This document shows, piece by piece, positions 28,682 through 37,184 of a stretch of DNA of 64,000 nucleotides; position 1 is the first letter of the stretch; each line of letters opens with the position of its first letter. The stretch covers positions 23,844 to 87,843 of the forward strand of contig CAWART010000020.1 in the NCBI GenBank assembly GCA_963784525.1. Reading direction: 5' to 3'. This DNA comes from Candidatus Aminicenantes bacterium. GTDB taxonomy: Bacteria; Acidobacteriota; Aminicenantia; Aminicenantales; Saccharicenantaceae. The notes below the pieces were generated by a model. The model ran no database searches. It saw only the letters and a program-made list of their open reading frames with translations, and was not told the origin of the DNA. A program made the position numbers and the translations under genes.

Positions 28682-30154
28682 ATGAAAAACAAAAGAATTG
28701 TCCCGATTCTTGTCGTCTTCGCGCTTATCGCCTTTGCGGTCAGCTCGTATGCCGAGGTCACCAAGCTCAAGACCATCGGCCGCTACACGTTCGCCCGGGT
28801 CAAGGGAAAGATCCCCACCCAGGAGGTCATGAAACAGGTATGCGACCGGTACGCCGCTGACATCAAGCTCGGTTTCGACATGGCGGGTTACGGGGACCTC
28901 TATCTGCCGTTCCTCGACGAGATGAAGGCCGGACCGTGGAAGGAGACGACCCTCGCCGTCGGCGACCACGTGATGTGGATGCTCTTCCGGAACCAGGGCA
29001 AGGTCAAGGTGACCAAGGAGATCGAGTGGGCGGGCAAGGCCCCCCTCGAGGTCTTCGCCTTCGACGTCACCAGGGATTACAAGATCTATCATTTCATCAT
29101 CCCCAAGCCCTGCGGCAATATCGCCCTGAGGAACATCGAGGACGCGCCGCCGCCGCTCGCCGTCTGCAGCCTGGTCATCACGCCCGAGAAGGCCAATCTC
29201 AACGATCCCATCACCATCGATATGAGCGGGACCCAGAACGCCAAGAGCATGGTCGTCGAGGTGTTCGACGCCCAGGGGAACAAGATCGCGACCCAGAACC
29301 TGACGCCGGATTCCCCGAAGTGGCAGACCAAGTTCGACAAGCCCGGTGAATATGTCTTCAAGGCGAGCGCCCTGAATCTCCGGGATATCCTATCGGACAA
29401 TCCCTGCCAGGCCAAGACCTACATCAATTTCCCGCCCGTCTGCAAGCTCTGGACGTCCTGCCTGCCCTGTGAGGACTATGTGGGCCGGCCGATAACGTTC
29501 GACGCTTCCGGCTCCACGGACCCGGACGGACAGATCGTCAAGGCCGTCTTCGAGATCACGGACGCCACGGGCGCCGTCATCGATACCTTCACCAAGACCG
29601 AAGCGCCTCTGCTGTGGGAGAAGATCTTCCAGAAGGCCGGCGTCTACGCCATCAGCACCACCGTCTTTGACAACGCCGGCGCGGTCTCGCCCGCCTCCGA
29701 CGCCTGCCGCCTCTCCTTCGAGGTGACGCAGAAGAGGCTCTTCTGGATGTTCGAGGCCGGCCCCCTGCTCGCCCGCGGCACCTACACGGCCTACGGCTTC
29801 CTCAGGGGCGGCATGTTCTACTGGCTCACGCCCGGCCGGCTGAGCCTGGTGGCCTCCGCCGGAGGCGCCTTCCCGACGCAGGGTGATCCCTGGAAGTTCA
29901 TGTTCATTGCGAACCTCCTGGCCAACGTCCACGCCGGCCCCGCCTTCTTCGGCGCCGGGCTCGGCTACAGCTCCAAGGAACAGATCACCCGGAAATCCGG
30001 CATGGATTGGGTGACGAACATCGGCGTCGACGTCTTCAACAAGTGGACGAGCCAGGGCTCGATCTTCTTCGAGTTCCGGGGCCCGCTCGGCGGCAGCGAC
30101 CGTTCGTTCGACAAGCATCACAAATTCGCCCTGGGCTTCCGGTATATGTTCTAA
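28682..30154 (+). CDS. secreted protein with Ig-like/PKD modules and a C-terminal beta-barrel-like domain (putative outer-membrane protein)
   Basis: ATG at 28682 after GAGGAGG. Signal peptide MKNKRIVPILVVFALIAFAVSSYA. PKD hallmark ITFDASGSTDPDG. The C-terminus alternates hydrophobic residues and ends in ...ALGFRYMF (terminal Phe). A strong terminator follows. Confidence 0.75.
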   Translation: MKNKRIVPILVVFALIAFAVSSYAEVTKLKTIGRYTFARVKGKIPTQEVMKQVCDRYAADIKLGFDMAGYGDLYLPFLDEMKAGPWKETTLAVGDHVMWMLFRNQGKVKVTKEIEWAGKAPLEVFAFDVTRDYKIYHFIIPKPCGNIALRNIEDAPPPLAVCSLVITPEKANLNDPITIDMSGTQNAKSMVVEVFDAQGNKIATQNLTPDSPKWQTKFDKPGEYVFKASALNLRDILSDNPCQAKTYINFPPVCKLWTSCLPCEDYVGRPITFDASGSTDPDGQIVKAVFEITDATGAVIDTFTKTEAPLLWEKIFQKAGVYAISTTVFDNAGAVSPASDACRLSFEVTQKRLFWMFEAGPLLARGTYTAYGFLRGGMFYWLTPGRLSLVASAGGAFPTQGDPWKFMFIANLLANVHAGPAFFGAGLGYSSKEQITRKSGMDWVTNIGVDVFNKWTSQGSIFFEFRGPLGGSDRSFDKHHKFALGFRYMF

Positions 30155-30176
30155 GCCCAAGATACGTCTGAACTAC

Positions 30177-30210
30177 GGGCCGGAGGCTCGCGCCTCCGGC
30201 CCTTTTTTTT
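30177..30210 (+). terminator. rho-independent terminator, potentially bidirectional between convergent genes
   Basis: GGGCCGGAGGC-TCGC-GCCTCCGGCCC (11-bp stem) followed by TTTTTTTT at 30203..30210. Confidence 0.8.
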
Positions 30211-30290
30211 GATCGGAGGGACGCGGCGGACCGCGCCGGAAGAAGGACGGAGGGATGCCCCTGAGACCCGAGCCGGCGATCCGGTCGGAG

Positions 30291-30748
30291 CTAGGCCAGG
30301 AGGCGGGCCAGCAGGTCCTGGGGAAGGGAGACGACGGAGCCGCTCGCGTCGACGACGACGTGGACCGTCCGGCCGGAGGCGGCCTCGTGCCGGCCGCCGT
30401 CGCCGCGGATCTCATAGGCGAAGACGAACTTCCTCGGCGAGGCCGTTTCGAGGACCGTCCGGACGATGAAGACCTCGTCGTAACGGAGAGGCTTGCGATA
30501 GCGGCACGAGGATCGGCGACGACGAGATAGAAGCCCCGGGCCTCGATCTCGGCGTAGGGGAGCCCCTTCCGCCGGCAGAACTCGGTCCGGGCGATCTCGA
30601 ACCACTCGAAATGGTTCTTGTTGTGGGCGATCCCCATCCTGTCGACCTCGGAATACCGGACGCGTCCCTCGACGTCGACGGCGGCGGAAGGGAAGGGCGG
30701 GAACGAAGGGCTATTCGGAGAGCTTGCCGAGCTTGGCGAGTTCGTCAT
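30291..30748 (-). CDS. acyl-CoA thioesterase (4HBT/YbgC-like), with an apparent frameshift near 30513..30517; start uncertain
   Basis: N-terminal half in track ORF 30173..30748 (VRYSEVDRMGIAHNKNHFEWFEIARTEFCRRKGLPYAEIEARGFYLVVA). C-terminal half in ORF 30291..30605 (SSCRYRKPLRYDEVFIVRTVLE...FVFAYEI...). Confidence 0.75.
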
Positions 30749-31001
30749 TGTAGTACTTGCGGTAGAGGATCTCCCACTCCCGGCTGCCCTCTTCGATGGC
30801 CTTCTTCTGGGAGTGGATCTTGTCGACGGCCTTCTTGTCGAGGGCCTCGTAGAGCTTCATCTCCTCCTCGATGGACTTGATGATGATGAGGCGGATCTCG
30901 TTCGGGTCGTCGAGGAACTCGACCTGTTCGTTGCCGTAAGGGCGGTGAGGATCTGCCGGGCCAGGATAGGTGATCTTCTCCCGCGACAGCTTGTTGCTCA
31001 C
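30711..31001 (-). CDS. DUF507-like small protein (paralog 2), containing a compensated double indel
   Basis: 96-aa ORF ending ...GSREWEILYRKYYNDELAKLGKLSE. Family name is from memory. See the finding at 30925..30975. Confidence 0.7.
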   Translation of the reverse strand: MSNKLSREKITYPGPADPHRPYGNEQVEFLDDPNEIRLIIIKSIEEEMKLYEALDKKAVDKIHSQKKAIEEGSREWEILYRKYYNDELAKLGKLSE

Positions 31002-31276
31002 AGGACGATGTTCCTTTCCCTGGCCAGCTTCGTCTTGATCATCCGGAACATCGTCTGGTACTCGATGTTCTCCCGGCGGATCTTTTCCATGTGCTTGCCC
31101 AGGATCTCCCTGACCTCCTGGTCCAGCTTGTCCTCCTTCATGAACTCGTCCATGATCAGGTTGGTCATCTCTTCGAGGAGCCGGTTGCGGTCCTCGACGA
31201 TGATCTTGCCCTCCTTGGACAGATTACGGAGGATGAGGAAGGCCAGGTGTTCGATCTGGTTCTTGTTAAGCCTCAT
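30998..31276 (-). CDS. DUF507-like small protein (paralog 1)
   Basis: 92-aa ORF MRLNKNQIEHLAFLILRNL...; 4-nt overlap with paralog 2. Charged helical composition. Family name is from memory. Confidence 0.7.
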   Translation of the reverse strand: MRLNKNQIEHLAFLILRNLSKEGKIIVEDRNRLLEEMTNLIMDEFMKEDKLDQEVREILGKHMEKIRRENIEYQTMFRMIKTKLARERNIVL

Positions 31277-31374
31277 GTCCTAGATAAGATACATTAGCCC
31301 GCCCCAAAATTCAAGGACGGACCGTCAATTAGTTTGACCGGGGGCCTGGCGGCACGGGATCACCGCGGGGGGGC

Positions 31375-32311
31375 TCACTCCGAAAGGACGAGGAATGGCG
31401 AGAGGCCTTCGCCCTCCCGGGAGGGGCGGGCCAACGCCAGAAGCCTTCCGTCGTCCCCGAAAAGCCGGACGACAGGGCCCTCAGCCGGGGACGCGGGTGT
31501 CTCCCGGGACGGGGGCACCGTCCTGTCCGGGGGCGGAGGACGTGCTCGGGCAGGATCCTATTGCCGTGCCGGACGCGCGCGATCCCTTCCGGCCGGAGGG
31601 TCCGCGACGGAAACTCGGGGAGCAGGCCCTCCATCGGGACGAGGAACCGGTCAGGCGGGCCGGACCGGGCCAGGGCCTCGATATCGTCCAGGCGTGCGCG
31701 CGACGGACAGGTCGAAAGGGCCGCTCGCGGTCCTGCGGAGCGAAGCGAGGTGGGCGCCGCAGCCGAAACCGGCACCGAGGTCATGGGCCAGCGAGCGGAC
31801 GTAGGTTCCCGCCGAGCATTCCACCTCGAATTCCGCGAGGGGCGGGGCCCAAGACACCAGTGAGAACCGGCGCACCGTGACCTCCCGCGGCTCGATCCGG
31901 ACCTCTCGGTTCTGCCCGGGCCAGCTTGTAGAAGGGCTGGCCGTCCTGTTTGAGGGCGGAGTAGGCGGGAGGGATCTGCCGGATCCGCCCTTCGAGCCGG
32001 CGCATCGCCTCCCGGAGGGCGTCCTCGGCGGGCAGGTCCGTCGACTCCGGCGCGGTCGGCCGGCCCGCGGCGTCATAGGTGTCCGTCGCGAATCCGAAGC
32101 GGATGGTTCCGGCGTAGGCCTTATCGTGCCCGGAAAGGAAGGGAAAGAGCCGGGCGGCCCGGCCGACGGCGACCAGGAGCATGCCCGAGGCCTCGGGGTC
32201 GAGCGTCCCGCAGTGGCCGGTCTTGACGCCGCCGAGGATCCGGCGGAGCCGGGCCACGACGTCGTGGGACGTGGGGCCTCGCGGCTTGTCGACGACGATG
32301 AGTCCGTCCAA
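31375..32311 (-). CDS. truB: tRNA pseudouridine(55) synthase TruB, spread over successive reading frames by three apparent indels
   Basis: TTG start at 32311. LIVVDKPRGPTSHDVV...GHCGTLDPEASGMLLVAVG (catalytic Asp motif) in ORF 31781..32311. EVRIEPREVTV...VECSAGTYVRSLAHDLG in the 31651..33054 frame. LDDIEALARSG...RVRHGNRIL in ORF 31329..31784. PUA-like end VVRLFGDDGRLLALARP...LVLSE, with TGA at 31377..31375, in a further shifted segment. Confidence 0.85.
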
Positions 32312-32332
32312 GGGGAGCCTTGCCGGAGGGGA

Positions 32333-33322
32333 TCAGGAGGGCCGGTCTCCGGCCGGGTCCGAGCTCGGAGCAGATCCTCGACGGTCCGGGGGATCTCCAC
32401 GATCAGCCGTTCGTAGGGACCGTAGGCCGTGAATCCGGAGGCATGGACGTGGCCGCCGCCGCCGAAATGCTCGGCGACCATGGCCGCGTTGGCCTTGCCC
32501 TTGGACCGGAGGCTGACCCGGAACACGTCCCGGTCCATCTCCTTGAAGAACAGGACCATCTCCACGCCCTTGATGGAACGGGCGAGGGTCGTGATGTCCT
32601 CGGTGTCGATCTCCTTGAGGTTGAGGTCGGAGAGGTTCTTCCGGAACATGGTGATGGACGCGATGTTGCCCCGCGCGTTCATCCGGAGGGTCGAGAGGAC
32701 ATGGCCCAGCAGGATGATCTTCTCCGGCGGGTTGTTGGCGTAGAGCCTCTCGGAGACGCGGATCGGGCTGGCGCCGAGCTCGGCGAGCTTATGGCAGGTT
32801 TCGAAGGCCCGGGCCGTCGTGTTCGAGAACTGGAAGGAGCCCGTGTCCGAAACGATGGCGCAATAGAGGTTCTCGGCGATCTCCGGGGCCCATGGGCGCC
32901 CCGAGCCTTTCCCCGAGCTCGAAGACCATCTCGCCGACGGCGGAGGCCTGGGGATTGATCCAGTTGATGTCGGCGTAGGTAAAATTGGAATAATGGTGGT
33001 CGATGTTGATCTTGTAGCAGTCCCCCAGGTTCTCCTGGCCCGAGCGGGAGACATCGGCGCATTCGAGCAGGATGACGCCGTCGTATCCCGCCGGGTCGAT
33101 CTGGCCGATCCGGATGCGGCGGGCGTCCGGGAAGTGGCAGAACGGGAAGGGCGTGGGGTCCCGGTTGACGACGTCCATCTCCTTGCCGAGCCGCTCGCCC
33201 ATCATGGCCAGGGCGAGGCTCGTGCAGACGGAGTCGCCGTCCGGCCGCAGGTGCGAGGTGATCGCGATGCGGCGGCACTCTCCGATCCTGCGGACGATGC
33301 GGGCGACGGGGTCAGTCTTCAT
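32333..33322 (-). CDS. nrnA: DHH/DHHA1 phosphoesterase NrnA-like (oligoribonuclease/pAp phosphatase), with an apparent frameshift at 32899..32902; 3' end uncertain
   Basis: ITSHLRPDGDSVCTSLAL and INIDHH (DHH motif) in ORF 32789..33322. IAENLYCAIVSDTGSFQFSNTT...GGGGHVHASGF (DHHA1) in the 31651..33054 frame. Confidence 0.8.
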
Positions 33323-33663
33323 GTTTCCTGGCCTTCTCGATCAGCCGGTCCAGGTGTTCCTCGTACTCGGGGGCCGGGTCCGGCAAAAAAATGAGCTCGG
33401 GATTATACTTCAAATTCACGCGGGAGGCAAGGAACCTGCGGATCGGGCCCTTCATCCTCTCGAGCCTGGCGAACGTCTCTTCCGGCCCTTCGCCGCCGAA
33501 GACGCTCAGAAAGACGCGGGCCGTCTTCAGGTCGGGGGTCATTTCGACCCGGGTCACGCGTGATGAGCCCGGAACCGGGCCCCTGGACCTCCTCGATGAG
33601 GAAGCGGCCGAGCTCCTCCATGATCCGGTGGGCCACGCGCTTGGTCCGGCGGTCTTCGGTCAT
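33312..33663 (-). CDS. rbfA: ribosome-binding factor A, with an apparent frameshift near 33556..33562
   Basis: MTEDRRTKRVAHRIMEELGRFLIEEV (ORF 33403..33663) continues as VTRVEMTPDLKTARVFLSVFG...IRRFLASRVNLKYNPELIF (ORF 33312..33557). Confidence 0.88.
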
Positions 33664-33687
33664 TTCATCTCCGTTCGTCCGGCCGTT

Positions 33688-33969
33688 TCAATAATACTCG
33701 ATCCGGTGCTCGACGACCGTCCCCCCGACGGTCTCCTCGGCCTCGCGGAGGACCCGCGCGAGAAGGTCCTCGACCACCGCCTGGCTGCTGTTGACCGCGG
33801 CGACGGCGATCCGGGCCCTCTGCCACTTGTCCTGGAATTCGACCTCGGCCAGGGAGACGTTGAGACGGCTCCGGACGCGGTCCTTGAACCCCTTGAGCGC
33901 CTGCCTCTTGTCCTTCAGCGAGCGCGCGTAGGGGAAGAAGACCTCCAGCGTCAGGACGCCGACGACCAT
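33688..33969 (-). CDS. DUF503 family protein (YlxP-like)
   Basis: 93-aa ORF MVVGVLTLEVFFPYARSLKDKRQALKGFKDRVRSRLNVSLAEV. It sits in the conserved position between infB and rbfA. Confidence 0.85.
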   Translation of the reverse strand: MVVGVLTLEVFFPYARSLKDKRQALKGFKDRVRSRLNVSLAEVEFQDKWQRARIAVAAVNSSQAVVEDLLARVLREAEETVGGTVVEHRIEYY

Positions 33970-33974
33970 GGGGC

Positions 33975-36073
33975 TTACCCGGCCTTGACCTTCTCCTTGA
34001 TGAAGGCCTCGAGAAGGTCCCCCGGCTGGACGTCATGGAACCGGTCGAGGGCGATGCCGCACTCGTAGTCCTTCTTGACCTCGTTGACGTTCTCCTTGAC
34101 GTGCTTCAGGGAGGAGATGCGCCCCTGGTGGATGACCGTCCGGTTCCTCATGACGCGGATCTCGGCGTTCCGGGCGATCTTGCCGTCGGTCACGTAACAG
34201 CCCGCGATGGTCCCGATCTTGGGGATCTGGAACGTGCGCCGGACCTCGGCCCGGCCCTGGTAGGTCTCCTTGATGACGGGATCGAGCATCCCGATCATGG
34301 CCTTCTTGATGTCCTCGGTGAGCTCGTAGATGATCTTGTAGGTCCGGATCTCGACGTTCTCCTTCTTGGCGATGTCGATGATCTTCGGAGCGGGCTTGAT
34401 GTTGTAGCCGATGACGATGGCGTCGGAGGCCGAGGCCAGGACGATGTCGGCCTCGGTGATGGCGCCGGTCGCGGTGTGAACGAGATTGATCTTCACCTTA
34501 TCGGAGCTCAGGGAGGGGAGGAGTCCGGCCAGGACCTCGACGCTGCCCTGGACGTCGGCCTTGAGGACGAGCGACAGCTCCTTGACCTGGCCTTCTTCCG
34601 CCCTCTTGAAGAGCTCGTCGAGCGTGACGCGCTCCGCCTTGACGGGCTCGTCCTTGTGGACCTTGGACAGGCGGTATTGGGCGACGAGCCTGGCGGTCTC
34701 CTGGCTTTCCACGACCTGGAACGGGCTCCCGGCCGACGGGACCTCGGAGAAGCCGAGGACCTCGACGGGGACCGAAGGGCCCGCGCTCTTGATGGGTTTC
34801 CCGGCCTCGTCGAACAGGGCCCGGACCTTCCCGGCCGAGGTTCCGGAGATGAAGGATTCGCCGTGGGACAGGGTCCCGAACTGGACGATGACCGTGGCCA
34901 TGGGGCCCTTCTGGCCGTCCATGCGGGCTTCCAGGATGACCCCCTGAGCCGGGACGCGGGGATTGGCCTTGAGCTCGGCGACGTCGGCCGTGAGGACGAT
35001 CATCTCGAGGAGGTCGTCGATGTTCTCGCCGGTCTTGGCCGAGATCTCGACGCTGACGATCTTGCCGCCCCACGTCTCGACGAGGAGGCCTTCTTTGGAC
35101 AGCTGCTGCTTGACCCGCTCGGCGTTGGCCTCGGGCCTGTCCATCTTGTTGATGGCCACGATGATCGGGACCCCGGCGGCCTTGGCGTGGTCGATGGCCT
35201 CCCGGGTCTGGGGCATCACCCCGTCGTCGGCGGCGACGACCAGGACGACGATGTCGGTGAGGCGGGCCCCGCGGGCCCGGAGCTGGGTGAAGGCCTCGTG
35301 GCCCGGCGTGTCGATGAACGTGATCGACCGGTTCTTGTGGAGGACGCGGTAGGCCCCGATATGCTGGGTGATGCCGCCCGATTCCTTGTCCACGAGGCGC
35401 GAGCGGCGGATGTTGTCGAGGAGCGTCGTCTTGCCGTGGTCGACATGGCCCATGATCGTCACGACGGGGGGCCTCGGGAGGAGGTCGTCCGGCCGGCTAT
35501 CGGCCCGGAGCTTCGCTTCCTGTTCGACCGTGAGGAATTCCACGTCGGCGCCCAGGGCGCGGGCGAGAGGCTCGGTGTGGGCGACGTCCACGAGATCGTT
35601 GGCCGTGAGGACCAAACCGCGTTCTCCGAGCTTGTCGAGGAGGTCCTTGAGCTTCATCTTCATCCGCTCGGCGACGTCCTTGATGAGCAGGCCTTCCCGG
35701 AGGACAAGCTTCGGCCGGGCCTTGGGGGGGCCGGCGGCTCGGCGGGCTTGACGACCTTCTTGGGAACTTCCGGCACCGGCTTGGCTGCAGGCGCCGCTGG
35801 CCTGGGGGCCGACGCCACGGGCCTGGCGGCGGGTGCTGCGGGCCTGGCGGCCGGTGTTGCGGCGGGCGCGGCGGGCCTGGGGGCCGGGGGTGCCGGGGGT
35901 GCCGCTGGCCTGGGGGCGGGCGAAGCCGGCCTTGCGGCAGGGGTCGCGGGCCTCGACGCCGGCGGCGCGGGCTTGGGCGCGGGGGACGCGGGTCTGGCGG
36001 CGGGCGCCGACGGCTTGGAGGTCGTCGCGGGTTTGGCTGCCGTTACGGGCTTTTTGGATGGGATGTTGTTCAT
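33975..36073 (-). CDS. infB: translation initiation factor IF-2, with an apparent 1-nt deletion in the G7 run at 35724..35730
   Basis: The start MNNIPSKKPV at 36073 forms an ATGA overlap with the nusA stop. The Pro/Ala-rich N-terminus is in ORF 35660..36073. The G domain (VTIMGHVDHGKTTLLD, DTPGHEAF, NKMD) and C-terminal domains are in the 33975..36869 frame. Confidence 0.92.
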
Positions 36074-37104
36074 GATGGTGTTTCTTCTTGGATGGAGATT
36101 TTCCAGCCGACCAGCCGGGAGGCCAGCTTGACGTTGATCCCTTTCTTGCCGATGGCCAGGGATAGCTGATCCCGGGGGACGACGGCCTGGAGGGCCTTTT
36201 CGTTATTGTCCAATACCAAGATATCGTCGACCCTGGCCGGGCTGAGGGCGGCTTTGGCGTAGGACGCCGGGTTCGCGGACCATTCGATGATGTCGATCTT
36301 TTCCCCGGAGAGCTCCTTCGAGATGGCGAGGATGCGGTTGCCCCGGACGCCGATGCAGGCGCCGATGGGGTCGATGTCCCGCTCCCGGGTCTCGACGGCG
36401 ACCTTGGCCCGTTCCCCGGGCTGGCGGACGACGTCGCGGATGGAGATCGTCCCGTTGGCGATCTCCGGGATCTCGTGCTCGAGGAGCTTGGCCAGGAACC
36501 TGGGGTTGGCCCTCGAGACGACGATCTGCAGGCCCTTGAACCCTTTCTGGACCTGGATGATGACCGCCTTGACGTTGTCTCCCCTCCGAAACTCCTCGTT
36601 GGGGAGCTTCTCCCGCTCGGGGAAGATGACGTCGGTCCCGTTGACCTCGAGGATGATGGTGCCGTTCTCGAAGCGCCGGGCGATGCCCGTGACGATCTCC
36701 CCGATCCGCGGCGCGAACTGGCCGTAGATCTTCTCCTGCTCGGCGTCCCGGACCTTCTGGAAGATGACCTGCTTGGCGGCCTGGGCCGCGATGCGGCCGA
36801 GGGTATCGGCCGGCAGGTCGATCTCGACCTCGTCGCCGGGGCCCGCTCCGCGCCGGACCTCGCTGGCATCCTCGACGGAGATCTCGCGGGCGGGATCGCC
36901 GACCTGGAGCACGACCTTCTTGGGGACGTAGACCCGGAGATCCCCCTTCTCGGGCCGGAACAGGACCCGGATATCCTCGCCGTGGACGAAATGGCCGGAG
37001 GAGGCGACGCGCAGGGATTCCTCTATGGCCTGGATGATGATGCGAGGCTCGACGCCGCGCTCCTTGCTGAGCTGGAGGATCGTGTTCCAGACGTTGACTT
37101 TCAT
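36070..37104 (-). CDS. nusA: transcription termination/antitermination factor NusA (short form without the AR domains)
   Basis: 344-aa ORF with an S1 domain and two KH domains (IDPIGACIGVRGNRI, LAIGKKGINVKLAS). Confidence 0.95.
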   Translation of the reverse strand: MKVNVWNTILQLSKERGVEPRIIIQAIEESLRVASSGHFVHGEDIRVLFRPEKGDLRVYVPKKVVLQVGDPAREISVEDASEVRRGAGPGDEVEIDLPADTLGRIAAQAAKQVIFQKVRDAEQEKIYGQFAPRIGEIVTGIARRFENGTIILEVNGTDVIFPEREKLPNEEFRRGDNVKAVIIQVQKGFKGLQIVVSRANPRFLAKLLEHEIPEIANGTISIRDVVRQPGERAKVAVETRERDIDPIGACIGVRGNRILAISKELSGEKIDIIEWSANPASYAKAALSPARVDDILVLDNNEKALQAVVPRDQLSLAIGKKGINVKLASRLVGWKISIQEETPS

Positions 37105-37145
37105 GGTATCGGTCTTGATTCCACGAGGAACCGGAAAGACAGAGA

Positions 37146-37174
37146 ATTATACCCAAATCCGGGGGGAATAGCAA
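37146..37174 (-). promoter_or_regulatory. sigma70-type promoter for nusA-infB
   Basis: On the minus strand: TTGCTA (37174..37169), 17-nt spacer, TATAAT (37151..37146), in the 80-nt miaB-nusA gap. Confidence 0.55.
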
Positions 37175-37184
37175 CGCAACGGGA

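Noticed and set aside
33975-36869. A 964-aa ORF as the full-length IF-2.
   Set aside because: Its N-terminal 260 aa are out-of-frame nusA sequence. The real start at 36073 is in another frame and joins through the G7-run indel.
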